DNA from: an uncultured delta proteobacterium
GTDB taxonomy: Bacteria > Desulfobacterota > Desulfuromonadia > Geobacterales > Pseudopelobacteraceae
NCBI GenBank assembly: GCA_963772835.1
Contig: CAVYYZ010000001.1
Coordinates: 160,001-224,000 of the forward strand
Direction: 5' to 3'
DNA length: 64,000 bases
The notes below the pieces were generated by a model, which saw nothing but the letters and a program-made list of their open reading frames with translations, ran no database searches and was not told where the DNA came from. Positions 40,552 through 50,711 of this stretch are shown here, piece by piece. How positions within the stretch are numbered: position 1 is the first letter of the stretch; every line of letters starts with the position of its first letter. A program made the translations under genes and the position numbers.

Positions 40552-41994
40552 ATGGCAATGGAGATGCGCCAACAACTGAAAATGTCCCAGCAACTGGTGA
40601 TGACTCCACAGTTGCAACAGGCTATCAAGCTGCTTCAGTTGACGCGTCTTGAACTCCAGAATCTGGTCGTTCAGGAACTGGAGGAGAACCCGCTTCTTGA
40701 AGAATCCGCCGACGTGGAGGAAATTCTCGAGCCCGATACACTCGAAGTTGCGGAGCAGGAGCTTGAACCGGTTCAGGAAACGGCTGACTTCCATGAGGTG
40801 GAGACCGGTGAAGAGACCCTGCGTGACTGGGACAGCTATATCGACGGCTACAACTACAGCTCAGGGGAACAGCAATACGGAGGTGATGATGAACGCCCTT
40901 CCTTTGAAAACCTGCTGACACGTAAAGGTACCCTGATAGACCACCTGTTGTGGCAGCTGCATATGGGGCAGTACTCTGAAATGGATGTCCGGGTGGGTGA
41001 AGTGATTATCGGCAATGTTGATGATTACGGCTATCTGCGCGCATCTCTTCAGGAAATTGCAGCGGCGAGTGCCGCGACGGAAGAGGATGTTCTTGATGTA
41101 CTCGAATGCATTCAGGAATTTGATCCCCCCGGCGTTGCGGCCCGCGATCTGCGTGAATGCCTTCTTATCCAGGCCCGGAGTCTGGGCATGAAGGGGAGTA
41201 TTGTTGAAAGCATTCTGCAGAATCATCTTGGCGATCTGGAAAAACGGAATTACAAGCAGATAGTCCGTTCGTTGAAGGTTGATATGAATCAGGTGCTGGC
41301 TGCCTCCAGGATCATTTCCGGATTTGACCCCCGTCCCGGTTCATCATTCAGTACGGAAGACGTACATTATATATCTCCCGACATTTTTGTGCATAAGGTG
41401 GGTGACGATTATGTCGTCATGCTGAATGAAGAGGGACTGCCCAATCTGAAAGTCAGCACACAGTATGCAGACATTCGCGGAAATGGTACTATCGATTCCA
41501 GTACGGAGCATTATATTAATGATAAGATGCGTTCTGCGGCATGGCTGATCAAGAGTATTCAGCAGCGGCAGCGAACCATCTATAAAGTTGCAAAAAGCAT
41601 AATCCGTTTTCAGCGCGAATATTTCGACCGGGGCATCGAGTACCTTCGTCCTTTGGTGCTGAGGGACATCGCCGAAGATATCGGCATGCATGAATCAACC
41701 ATCAGCCGGGTTACAACCAACAAATACATGCAGACGCCGCAGGGTTTGCTGGAGCTGAAATACTTCTTTAACAGCGGCCTCTCAACCAGTGACGGTGATT
41801 TTGTCGCTTCCGAGAGTGTGAAAAACAGAATCAAAGAAATTATTGAAAAAGAAAATACCCAAAAACCGCTTTCCGATCAGAAAATTGCCGAGATGCTGAC
41901 GGGTCAGACCGTTAATATCGCCCGGCGTACGGTTACAAAGTATCGGGAAATGCTTAATCTGGGATCATCATCTGAACGAAAAAGACATTTCTGA
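40552..41994 (+). CDS. rpoN: RNA polymerase sigma-54 factor
   Basis: TPQLQQAIKLLQL, HESTISRVT and the RpoN box ARRTVTKYRE. Confidence 0.98.
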   Translation: MAMEMRQQLKMSQQLVMTPQLQQAIKLLQLTRLELQNLVVQELEENPLLEESADVEEILEPDTLEVAEQELEPVQETADFHEVETGEETLRDWDSYIDGYNYSSGEQQYGGDDERPSFENLLTRKGTLIDHLLWQLHMGQYSEMDVRVGEVIIGNVDDYGYLRASLQEIAAASAATEEDVLDVLECIQEFDPPGVAARDLRECLLIQARSLGMKGSIVESILQNHLGDLEKRNYKQIVRSLKVDMNQVLAASRIISGFDPRPGSSFSTEDVHYISPDIFVHKVGDDYVVMLNEEGLPNLKVSTQYADIRGNGTIDSSTEHYINDKMRSAAWLIKSIQQRQRTIYKVAKSIIRFQREYFDRGIEYLRPLVLRDIAEDIGMHESTISRVTTNKYMQTPQGLLELKYFFNSGLSTSDGDFVASESVKNRIKEIIEKENTQKPLSDQKIAEMLTGQTVNIARRTVTKYREMLNLGSSSERKRHF

Positions 41995-42051
41995 CGAACG
42001 GCCTTCCGGGCTGTCGTCCATTTCACAGCACCAACCACACAGGAGGATAGT

Positions 42052-42600
42052 ATGCAGGTAGCGATGACATTCAGGCACATGGATCAGAGCGATGCTCTCA
42101 AAGCATATGCTGAAGAAAAACTAGAGCGGGTAACGAAGTATATTGACGACCCGATTAATGTACAGGTCTACTTTTCCGTAGAAAAAAAGATTCGCCACAT
42201 TGTTGAAATTGTCATTAATTCCAGAGGAATCAGCACCAAGGCTTCCGACGCGACCCACGACATGTATGCCTCTGTCGATGCTGTCATCGATAAAATCGAG
42301 CGGCAGCTCGTCCGTTACAAGGAAAAAATTAAAGCCCATAAGCCGAGCGGAGAGGAACATGGCCGCCAGCTTTCTAAAAAGATTTTTGAAGCTGAGAGCC
42401 TTGAAGGCATCACCGGATCAGTCGTTATCAGAGCAACGACTGAGACCGCCAAGCCGATGTCGGTGGAAGAGGCCGTCATGCAGATGGATCTTCTTCACAA
42501 GGATTTCATCGTGTTCACCGATGCCGACAGCAGTGAAATAAATGTCATGTATCGCCGTAAAGACGGGAATATCGGCCTGATTGAGCCGCAGCGCGCCTAG
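42052..42600 (+). CDS. hpf: Ribosome hibernation promoting factor (long HPF)
   Basis: DMYASVD..IDKIERQL..YK with a C-terminal KPMSVEEAVMQM..YRRKDG, directly after rpoN. Confidence 0.93.
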   Translation: MQVAMTFRHMDQSDALKAYAEEKLERVTKYIDDPINVQVYFSVEKKIRHIVEIVINSRGISTKASDATHDMYASVDAVIDKIERQLVRYKEKIKAHKPSGEEHGRQLSKKIFEAESLEGITGSVVIRATTETAKPMSVEEAVMQMDLLHKDFIVFTDADSSEINVMYRRKDGNIGLIEPQRA

Positions 42601-42613
42601 ATCTATTGCGCTC

Positions 42614-43573
42614 ATGGACGGCATTTCTCTCTCGATACACGACCTTCTGACTGATAATGAGTATGGTCTCGGTTTGTCACTTCTGGCCGGCAAACCGGGG
42701 CTCATCCATCGGGTCTCCAGCTCGCGCATTCAAAAGCCGGGGCTGGCACTGGCCGGTTATACCGAACACCTGCATCCGGACCGGCTGCAGGTACTCGGTA
42801 ACACTGAAATATCATACATCGAGCAGATTGACACCCGTGTTGCCGCAGAGAATCTTGCCGCCCTCTGCAGTTATCCTATCTCTTGTTTTATAATCACCAA
42901 AAATCTGCGTCCGCCGCAGCTTCTGCTCGAACTGGCTGATTCTCATGCAATTCCGGTGCTTGCAACCGCCCATCAATCGTCAACATTCATATCTCTGATA
43001 ACCAAATTTCTTGAAGAACGGCTGTTGCCGACGACTCATCTGCATGGTGTTCTGATGGACGTACTGGGAGTAGGGGTTCTTCTTACCGGGAAAAGCGGCG
43101 TCGGCAAGAGTGAATGTGCGCTCGATCTTGTGATTCGCGGGCATCGCCTGGTGGCGGATGACATGGTGTTTATAAAGAAGAAAATGCCGGCGGTTCTGAT
43201 CGGACAGGCTGAGGAGTCGCTACAATATCTGATGGAGATTCGCGGTCTTGGTATCATCAATATCAAGGATCTTTACGGCGTTTCGGCGATCCGGGACAAA
43301 AAAATAGTGGATATACAGCTGGAGCTGATGGAGTGGGATGAGCTGCATGAGTACGATCGACTGGGTGTGGATGACCATACGGTCACGATACTTGGTATTG
43401 AGATACCGCATATCATCATTCCCGTCAGGCCGGGCCGCAATCTGGGCTCAATTATTGAGGTAGCCGCCCGGAACAATCTGCTCAAAGGAATGGGCTATCA
43501 CTCCGCCCGTGATTTTCAGGAACGCCTCCTGGCGCGTATCGAAGCCCGCCCCCTCGGGGATGAGGTAGAGTAG
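42614..43573 (+). CDS. hprK: HPr kinase/phosphorylase
   Basis: HGVLMDV.G.GVL..GKSGVGKSE, GHRLVADD, EIRGLGII and PVRPGRN. Confidence 0.96.
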   Translation: MDGISLSIHDLLTDNEYGLGLSLLAGKPGLIHRVSSSRIQKPGLALAGYTEHLHPDRLQVLGNTEISYIEQIDTRVAAENLAALCSYPISCFIITKNLRPPQLLLELADSHAIPVLATAHQSSTFISLITKFLEERLLPTTHLHGVLMDVLGVGVLLTGKSGVGKSECALDLVIRGHRLVADDMVFIKKKMPAVLIGQAEESLQYLMEIRGLGIINIKDLYGVSAIRDKKIVDIQLELMEWDELHEYDRLGVDDHTVTILGIEIPHIIIPVRPGRNLGSIIEVAARNNLLKGMGYHSARDFQERLLARIEARPLGDEVE

Positions 43574-43576
43574 ACC

Positions 43577-44440
43577 ATGCGTATTATCGTCATCACCGGC
43601 ATGTCCGGTTCGGGAAAATCCACTGCAGTCAGAGCACTGGAAGATGAAGGCTATTACTGTATTGATAATCTGCCGATACGCCTGTTCAAACGATTCGTGG
43701 ATTTGATCGGAAAATCGGGCGAGAATTTCAAAGGCATCGTTCTGGTCGCTGATATCCGGGGTCGCGATTTTTTCAAAGGATATGAAAGCGCCTTTCACAA
43801 GCTTACCGGATCCGGCCACTCCGTAGAAATATTTTTCTTTGATGCCATGGACGATATACTGGTACGGCGCTTTTCAGAAACGCGCCGTCGTCATCCTGCC
43901 GAAGATCACTGTACGGTCTCTGAAGGTATCCGTATTGAACGGGATCGTCTGGGCGGTCTCAGGCAGATGGCCACCAGAATCATTGATACGTCTGAGTTTA
44001 CCGTACACCAGCTTAAGGATTTCATCCTGAGAATCGTCAGGGGGGAAGAGAAGGAAAACCAGCTGGTCGTCGAAGTCCAGTCGTTCGGATTCAAGTACGG
44101 CGTGCCGCTCGAGTCAAGTATCGTCATGGATGTCCGTTTTCTTCCGAACCCTTTTTTTGTGCCGGAATTGAAAGACGGTTCAGGCCTTGACGATGTGGTT
44201 CGCGATTATGTCCTTGATAATGTTGTCACCGCGCAGTTTATTGATTATTTTTTCCCGCTTCTGGATATGCTGCTGCCTGCACATCGTCAGGAAGGAAAAT
44301 CATATCTGACAATTTCGATCGGTTGTACCGGCGGGCGCCATCGCTCCGTTGCCATAGCAGAAGCCACCGGAATGCACTTGCAGGAGAAGTGGCCCTCAGT
44401 GCGGATTATTCACAGGGATATTGAAAAGGGGCTTAAATGA
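43577..44440 (+). CDS. rapZ: RNase adapter RapZ (YhbJ/YvcJ family)
   Basis: GMSGSGKS, DNLP, SFGFKYG, DVRFLPNP and GCTGGRHRSV. Confidence 0.95.
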   Translation: MRIIVITGMSGSGKSTAVRALEDEGYYCIDNLPIRLFKRFVDLIGKSGENFKGIVLVADIRGRDFFKGYESAFHKLTGSGHSVEIFFFDAMDDILVRRFSETRRRHPAEDHCTVSEGIRIERDRLGGLRQMATRIIDTSEFTVHQLKDFILRIVRGEEKENQLVVEVQSFGFKYGVPLESSIVMDVRFLPNPFFVPELKDGSGLDDVVRDYVLDNVVTAQFIDYFFPLLDMLLPAHRQEGKSYLTISIGCTGGRHRSVAIAEATGMHLQEKWPSVRIIHRDIEKGLK

Positions 44441-44829
44441 TAGGATTGGTTCTTGTTACCCACGCAGGTCTGGCGACCGCACTCAGATCGTCTGCAGAGA
44501 TGATAGTCGGGCCGATTGAAAACTGTACCACCGTAGAAGTCGTTCCGGACGAGCGCGCCGATGATATCATGGCGCACGTAGTGGCTGCAGTCGGGGCTGT
44601 GCAGGCAGACGGCGCTATCATCATGACTGATCTTTTTGGCGGAACCCCGTCTAATATGGCGATGTCGTTTTTGAAAGAGGGCTTTATTGAAGTTGTCACC
44701 GGAGTGAATCTGCCGATGATGATTGAGTTTTGCTCTCGCCGTGACCGTATGTCGGTCACTGAACTTGCGGCGGATTTGTATCGTACCGGACGCGAAGGAA
44801 TAATCGTCGCCGGTGAGTTGTTGAAGTAA
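44437..44829 (+). CDS. PTS EIIA component, mannose/fructose family
   Basis: LVTH, TDLFGGTPSN and GVNLPM. Confidence 0.92.
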   Translation: MIGLVLVTHAGLATALRSSAEMIVGPIENCTTVEVVPDERADDIMAHVVAAVGAVQADGAIIMTDLFGGTPSNMAMSFLKEGFIEVVTGVNLPMMIEFCSRRDRMSVTELAADLYRTGREGIIVAGELLK

Positions 44830-44834
44830 CAGAA

Positions 44835-45005
44835 TAACCCGCACGAGAAAGTCCGTAGATACATCTCTCAAAAGAGAGATGCTAACTCACTAATCCGCAC
44901 GGGATAGTTCGTTGACGCATCTCTCAAAAGAGAGATGCTAACTCACTAATCCACGAGGGATAGTTCGTTGACGCATCTCTCAAAAGAGAGATGCTAACTC
45001 ACTAA
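44835..45005. repeat. Three tandem 56-bp repeats, each with a hairpin
   Basis: Units start at 44835, 44891 and 44947. All share CATCTCTCAAAAGAGAGATGCTAACTCACTAA. Confidence 0.95.
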
Positions 45006-45018
45006 GGGAACCTGAAAT

Positions 45019-45285
45019 ATGCTTCGGAAAGAATTTCTTATCATAAATAAACTAGGGTTGCACGCCCGTGCTTCAGCCCTCTTCGTGAAGACCTCCAGTC
45101 GCTTCAATTCTGACGTCATGCTGTCGAGGGAAGATATCGAGGTTAACGGTAAAAGTATTATGGGCATTATGATGCTGGCGGCATCGAAGGGTTCTTCTGT
45201 CACGCTGACCGTTACCGGTGCAGACGAAAACGAAGCTTTTGAGGCCATCGGCGACCTGATAGCAACCGGCTTCGGAGAGGAATGA
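45019..45285 (+). CDS. ptsH: Phosphocarrier protein HPr
   Basis: GLHARAS (His15) and NGKSIMG (Ser46). Confidence 0.96.
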   Translation: MLRKEFLIINKLGLHARASALFVKTSSRFNSDVMLSREDIEVNGKSIMGIMMLAASKGSSVTLTVTGADENEAFEAIGDLIATGFGEE

Positions 45286-45286
45286 T

Positions 45287-47029
45287 ATGGTGACCTTCTC
45301 GGGAATCGCGGCTTCGCCCGGGATTGTAATGGGAAGGCTGCGTATTATTGACCGTCGCCGGGCTGTCGTGTCCGAATATCCGATCCCCTCGGAAGCGGTT
45401 TGTCATGAAACAGCCCGTCTGGCCCAGGCGATTGAAGATACCCGTGTCGAGCTTGAACAGCTTAAATCGCACCTCGCTGAAACAAGTGGTGAAGATCACC
45501 TCTTCTTTATTGAAACCCACCTGATGATTCTGGCTGACACCCGTCTTGTTTCCGAAACTTCAGACATAATAAAAACCGGACTGATTAATGCCGAAGGCGC
45601 ACTGCGGCGGACTCTGCACCGCTACCGTGAAACGTTTTCACGTATTGAAGACCCGTATCTCCGTGAACGTATCAGCGATGTAGAAACGGTGATTGAGCGG
45701 GTTCTGAACTGTATGAGCGGTGAAGCGGAGGAACCGTTTCCCCAGAATGAAAGCCAGATAATCATTGCGGCACACGACTTTTCTCCCGCCGACATGCTTC
45801 AGATCAATCGCACTAATGTGCTTGCCGTCGTAACCGAGATCGGCGGCCGGACATCACATACGGCCATACTGGCGCGAGCCCTTGATCTGCCGGCGGTTAT
45901 GGGTGTGGAAGGGATCACCGATCTTCTGCTTGACGGTGTTCCGGTAATTGTCGACGGTTTGTCCGGAACGGTGGTTATTGACCCGGACCAGGAAACGTTT
46001 CAGTCCTCGTTGCGGCGTAAGCAGCATTATGAATATGTCGAATATGAACTTCTCAAAACGGCACCATTACCTGCCGTTACCCGAGATGGACATTCGATGC
46101 ATCTGCGCGGCAACGTCGAGATACCGGAAGAGGGTGCTTCAGTGCTGGGACATGGCGGGAGCGGTGTCGGCTTATACCGCACCGAAATGCTCTTTATGAA
46201 CCGCTCCGTTATGCCGGATGAAGATGAACAGCTGGCGATGTATCGATCAATGCAGCAGGCGGTCACACCGCATCTTCTCACTATCCGGACCCTTGATGCC
46301 GGCGGTGACAAACTTCTTGAAGGGATGGACCAGGGTGGTGAGGCCAATCCCGCCCTCGGTGTACGGGCGATCCGCCTCTCCCTGAGCATGCCTTCGGAAT
46401 TCAAGAAACAGCTGCGGGCGATCCTGCGGGTCAGCACTGACGGGCCGGTCAGAATCATGTTCCCGATGATTTCAGGAATGGAGGAATTGCGTGCGGCAAA
46501 AGAGCTGCTTGAAGAAGCCAAGCGGGAACTGAAAGATTCCGGTGTCCCTTTTGACACCGCTGTTCAGGTCGGAGTGATGATCGAAATTCCGGCGGCAGTG
46601 ACACTTGCTGACCTGCTGGCACGTGAAGTGGATTTTTTCAGCGTCGGCACGAATGACCTGATACAGTACACCCTGGCTATCGACCGCAGTAACGAACAGC
46701 TCTCTCATATGTATCAACCGCTTCATCCCGCCGTACTCCGGTCACTGCGGCGTATTGTTCAGGCGGCACACGGCGCCGGGATTCCCGCCTGCCTCTGCGG
46801 CGAAATGGCCGGTGATCCTCTCTATCTGCCGGTACTGCTCGGGCTCGGCTTTGATGAACTTTCGATGGGTACCGGATCGCTTCTGCGCGTGAAACAGATT
46901 CTCCGGCGCTGTACGCTGGAGCGGGCGGCCAGGATTGCGGAGGGGTGTTTTGCCTTTTCAACCGCCGCGGAAGTCGAAATGTACCTGAAGGCTCAAATTA
47001 CCATGGATGTAGCAGAAAGTATCGACTGA
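45287..47029 (+). CDS. ptsI: PTS enzyme I
   Basis: GIAASPGI, GGRTSHTAILAR, GLYRTE, RTLDAGGDK, NPALGVRAIR, SVGTNDL and CGEMAG. Confidence 0.96.
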   Translation: MVTFSGIAASPGIVMGRLRIIDRRRAVVSEYPIPSEAVCHETARLAQAIEDTRVELEQLKSHLAETSGEDHLFFIETHLMILADTRLVSETSDIIKTGLINAEGALRRTLHRYRETFSRIEDPYLRERISDVETVIERVLNCMSGEAEEPFPQNESQIIIAAHDFSPADMLQINRTNVLAVVTEIGGRTSHTAILARALDLPAVMGVEGITDLLLDGVPVIVDGLSGTVVIDPDQETFQSSLRRKQHYEYVEYELLKTAPLPAVTRDGHSMHLRGNVEIPEEGASVLGHGGSGVGLYRTEMLFMNRSVMPDEDEQLAMYRSMQQAVTPHLLTIRTLDAGGDKLLEGMDQGGEANPALGVRAIRLSLSMPSEFKKQLRAILRVSTDGPVRIMFPMISGMEELRAAKELLEEAKRELKDSGVPFDTAVQVGVMIEIPAAVTLADLLAREVDFFSVGTNDLIQYTLAIDRSNEQLSHMYQPLHPAVLRSLRRIVQAAHGAGIPACLCGEMAGDPLYLPVLLGLGFDELSMGTGSLLRVKQILRRCTLERAARIAEGCFAFSTAAEVEMYLKAQITMDVAESID

Positions 47030-47817
47030 TGACTCCTCCCGTAATCTATTCTCTTTTCGCACTTGTGTTCGGCATGGTGGTCGGTTCATTCCTGAATGTC
47101 TGCATCTGCCGCCTTCCGAAGCATGAATCAATTGTGTCCCCCCCGTCGCATTGTCCGGTCTGTTCCTATCAGATTTGCTGGTATGACAATATTCCGCTGC
47201 TGAGCTACCTGTTTCTCCGCGGGAAGTGTCGGGGATGCGGCACCAGTATTTCTCTTCAGTACCCGCTGGTTGAGCTGCTCAACGGCGTCCTGACCCTGCT
47301 GCTGTTCCTCCGCTTCGGGCCGACACTTGTGTGTGCGGTCCTGTTCATGTTCTGTTCTGCACTGGTCGTGATCACTTTTATAGACATCGAGCACCAGATT
47401 ATCCCCGACGAAATATCGCTTCCCGGCATTGTCGCCGGATTTATCCTGTCGTTTTTTATTCCGGGTCACGGCTGGCTGAATTCTCTGCTTGGAATCCTAC
47501 TCGGCGGCGGAAGCCTGCTGCTGGTTGCCTCCGTATATCAACGGCTGACCGGCAAAGATGGAATGGGGGGCGGTGATATCAAGCTGCTGGCCATGATGGG
47601 CGCCTTTCTCGGCTGGAAAGCGGTGCCGTTTATTATTTTTGCCAGTTCACTGATCGGTTCGATTATCGGCGTTTCCATCATGCTGCTTCAGAAAAAGGAT
47701 TCCAAACTGGCGATCCCGTTTGGTCCGTACCTTGCTTTTGCTGCAGTGCTGTATATTTTTTACGGCAGAATCCTCATCCGCTGGTATCTGGGGCTGAGCG
47801 GTTTTTCCCAGGGGTAG
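47029..47817 (+). CDS. pilD: Type IV prepilin peptidase
   Basis: GSFLNVCI.RLP, two CxxC motifs, ID..HQIIPD, GMGGGDIKL and IPFGPYL. Confidence 0.96.
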   Translation: MTPPVIYSLFALVFGMVVGSFLNVCICRLPKHESIVSPPSHCPVCSYQICWYDNIPLLSYLFLRGKCRGCGTSISLQYPLVELLNGVLTLLLFLRFGPTLVCAVLFMFCSALVVITFIDIEHQIIPDEISLPGIVAGFILSFFIPGHGWLNSLLGILLGGGSLLLVASVYQRLTGKDGMGGGDIKLLAMMGAFLGWKAVPFIIFASSLIGSIIGVSIMLLQKKDSKLAIPFGPYLAFAAVLYIFYGRILIRWYLGLSGFSQG

Positions 47818-47819
47818 AC

Positions 47820-49316
47820 ATGGTCCGGTACCGTCCCACTCTGACCGTTTCAATCCTGGCTTTTCTGGGACTGCTGCTGGTTTTAACCTGGCTCCTCTTC
47901 AGTCTGCTGGCCTTTAAAACTGCCGCCAATGATCTCTATGCCCAAAAAGGCGAGCATGCCCGCACGCTGCTCAAGGCATTCGTCGCTCTGCTCCCCGATG
48001 CAATACCGACCTATCCGGAGGGATTCATACCTTCCGACTCCCAGGCTTCACGCTATATTCAAAAGCTGTCAGAAGAGTCCGCCTTCAGTCGCCTGACCCT
48101 GCTGGACAGAAACGGCACGCCGATCTTCACCGCCGGTCGGGAAGGGAGTGATCCGTACTCGCCGTTTCAGGGCATGGTAAAAATGACGGAGGGGAGCTTT
48201 ATCGGTCCTGACGGAGATGGCATTGTTCACATCATCACCGTTACCCGGGACGGAGTGGCCGTCGCCAAAGCCGGACTGCTGCTCTCACTCTCACCCGAAA
48301 AAGCCCGGCTGAATCGATCCCGGCAGATGCTGATGGCGTACTTCGTGCTGGACTTTATATTGCTGTTAGGTCTGGGATCTTTTGTACTGACGCGGATTGT
48401 TGTCAATCCGATAAACCGGCTGCTGACGGCAACCGAAAAAATAACCGGCGGGCAGTACAGTCAGCGGCTTTCAATGTCAGGGAGTGCCGAACTTGCACGG
48501 CTGGCGCATGCCTTCAACGAAATGGCCGCATCGCTGCAAAATAAAGACCGCCTGGTTGCCGAGCAGATGACCGCTCTCGAAAAGGCGAACAGTGACCTGG
48601 GGCAGGCACGGGAGGAATCGGTCCGTACCGAAAAAATGGCGTCCATCGGCCTGCTGGCTGCGGGGATGGCCCATGAGATAGGAACACCGCTCGCATCAAT
48701 CATGGGGTATGCCGAACTCTCCGCAAGTGAACAGCCGGATAACAGCGCCATCCAGGATTATGCCCGGCGCATCACGGAAGATTGCTCACGGATTGACCGA
48801 ATTGTTCGTGGCCTGCTTGATTTTTCCCGGCCGCGTACATCGTGTGGCGAGAACACCGATGTACGGAGCGTCGTACTCTCAACGGTCGATCTCATGACAC
48901 AGCAGGGGGCATTCAAACAGTTGAATCTCTCCCTTGAAATGGATGAAGGCCTGTTAACGGCCAGGTGTGATCAGCATCAGCTTCAGCAGGTGGTTATCAA
49001 TCTGCTCCTCAACAGCCGGGATGCAACCCCTTCAGGCGGCACGATAACGGTCAGTGCGGGCCGGGATGGCGCCCGTATCCGGCTGGATGTCCGCGACAGC
49101 GGCACAGGTATCCCGGAGGAGTCCATAAAACATATATTTGATCCGTTTTTCACCACAAAGCCTCCCGGCAAGGGGACCGGCCTGGGACTGGCAATTTCTG
49201 CACGGATTGTTGAAGGTTTCGGCGGGCGTATTACGGTGGCCAGCAGGGTTGGCGAAGGGAGCCGTTTCACCGTCTGGTTGCCGCAGGTGCAGGCTGAGCA
49301 AGGGGGTGACGCGTGA
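47820..49316 (+). CDS. Membrane sensor histidine kinase (2 TM, HAMP)
   Basis: H-box AAGMAHEIGTPL, N-box NLLLN, and DSGTGI, FDPFFTTK and GTGLGL. Confidence 0.95.
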   Translation: MVRYRPTLTVSILAFLGLLLVLTWLLFSLLAFKTAANDLYAQKGEHARTLLKAFVALLPDAIPTYPEGFIPSDSQASRYIQKLSEESAFSRLTLLDRNGTPIFTAGREGSDPYSPFQGMVKMTEGSFIGPDGDGIVHIITVTRDGVAVAKAGLLLSLSPEKARLNRSRQMLMAYFVLDFILLLGLGSFVLTRIVVNPINRLLTATEKITGGQYSQRLSMSGSAELARLAHAFNEMAASLQNKDRLVAEQMTALEKANSDLGQAREESVRTEKMASIGLLAAGMAHEIGTPLASIMGYAELSASEQPDNSAIQDYARRITEDCSRIDRIVRGLLDFSRPRTSCGENTDVRSVVLSTVDLMTQQGAFKQLNLSLEMDEGLLTARCDQHQLQQVVINLLLNSRDATPSGGTITVSAGRDGARIRLDVRDSGTGIPEESIKHIFDPFFTTKPPGKGTGLGLAISARIVEGFGGRITVASRVGEGSRFTVWLPQVQAEQGGDA

Positions 49317-50683
49317 GCGGCAACACGCACATTCTCGTTATTGATGACGAAGAAAACATGCGCCACATGTTATCGGTCATGCTGACCCGTCAGGGATACC
49401 GGGTCGATCTGGCGGCGGATGGAGAAGAGGGGTTGAAATGCCTCATGGATACTGTCTACGATTATATTCTGTGTGATATCCGGATGCCGGAAATGGATGG
49501 CACGGCATTTCTGGTACGGGCGCTGGAGGAGCATGTCGCCGCTCCGATCATTATGATGTCCGCCTACGGCAGCGTCGATACGGCAATAGAGTGCATGAAA
49601 CGGGGAGCGTACGACTTTATCTCGAAACCGTTCAAAAAAGATGAAATCGTTATGGTGCTCAAGAAAGCCGAGGAACGGGAACGGCTGAAAGCAGAAAACT
49701 GTCAGCTGCGGGAGGTTGTCGCCGGTCAGTTCTCCTACAGCGGAATCCTCAGCCGAACCGCCGCGATGCAGGAGATATTCAGCCAGATCCGCAAGGTCGC
49801 GGACCTGAAGACGACAATACTGGTGCTGGGCGAGTCCGGCACCGGCAAAGAGCTGGTTGCCCGGGCCGTTCATCAGAACGGCAGGCGCTCTCATATGCCT
49901 TTTGTGGCGGTGAATTGCGGTGCTATTCCGGAAAACCTGCTTGAAAGCGAATTGTTCGGCCATGTGCGGGGTGCTTTTACTGACGCATCCAGTGACAAAG
50001 CCGGACTTTTTGAACAGGCTGACGGCGGCACGCTTTTTCTGGATGAAATCGGCGAAATGCCGCTCTCACTGCAGGTCAAGCTGCTGCGGGTGTTACAGGA
50101 AAGTGAAATCAGGAGAGTAGGGGGGGCGGCATCCAAAAAAGTAGATGTCAGAGTAATTTCCGCCACGTCCCGTGATCTTTCCGCCGATGTCGCCACGGGG
50201 CGTTTCCGGGAGGATCTGTTCTTCCGTCTCAATGTATTCTGCCTGCAGCTGCCGCCGCTGCGCGAACGCGTTGAAGATATCCCGCTGCTGGCGGAACATT
50301 TTCTCGGCCTCTATTCCGCCGACACCGAACGCCGGACCGTACGCATCGAGCCTGATGCGATGCGCTGTCTGCTGGCACACAACTGGCCGGGCAATATACG
50401 CGAGCTTGAAAATGCGCTTGAACGAGCCTGCATTCTCTGCGAAGGTGGCCGTATCTCCTCATCCTGTCTGCCTCAGTCACTCCGGCTGCCTGATGAGGGG
50501 CCGCCGGACGAGCCGGGTGACGATGAAAACCTCTCGATAAAGAAGGCCGAAGACACCATCGAACGGGAACTGATCAGGAAAGCGCTTGCCAAAACCGGCG
50601 GTAATCGTACGCAGGCTGCAAAAATTCTTGAAATAAGTCATCGTTCACTGCTTTACAAACTGAAGGAATATGGCATAGAGTGA
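49313..50683 (+). CDS. Sigma-54-dependent response regulator (NtrC family)
   Basis: Receiver domain (IDDE, DIRMP), GESGTGKE, ESELFGH, GAFTDA, WPGNIREL and a Fis-type HTH. Confidence 0.96.
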   Translation: MSGNTHILVIDDEENMRHMLSVMLTRQGYRVDLAADGEEGLKCLMDTVYDYILCDIRMPEMDGTAFLVRALEEHVAAPIIMMSAYGSVDTAIECMKRGAYDFISKPFKKDEIVMVLKKAEERERLKAENCQLREVVAGQFSYSGILSRTAAMQEIFSQIRKVADLKTTILVLGESGTGKELVARAVHQNGRRSHMPFVAVNCGAIPENLLESELFGHVRGAFTDASSDKAGLFEQADGGTLFLDEIGEMPLSLQVKLLRVLQESEIRRVGGAASKKVDVRVISATSRDLSADVATGRFREDLFFRLNVFCLQLPPLRERVEDIPLLAEHFLGLYSADTERRTVRIEPDAMRCLLAHNWPGNIRELENALERACILCEGGRISSSCLPQSLRLPDEGPPDEPGDDENLSIKKAEDTIERELIRKALAKTGGNRTQAAKILEISHRSLLYKLKEYGIE

Positions 50684-50711
50684 CACAAACCCGATTTTGA
50701 AAGGAACACGC

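Noticed and set aside
42600..42614. Absence of ptsN between hpf and hprK as a novelty
   Set aside because: By recollection the same order occurs in Geobacter, and there is no remnant in the 13-nt gap.
44835..45005. CRISPR array
   Set aside because: The 24-nt segments between the conserved hairpin parts are near-identical rather than unique spacers, there are only three units, and no cas genes are in the window.
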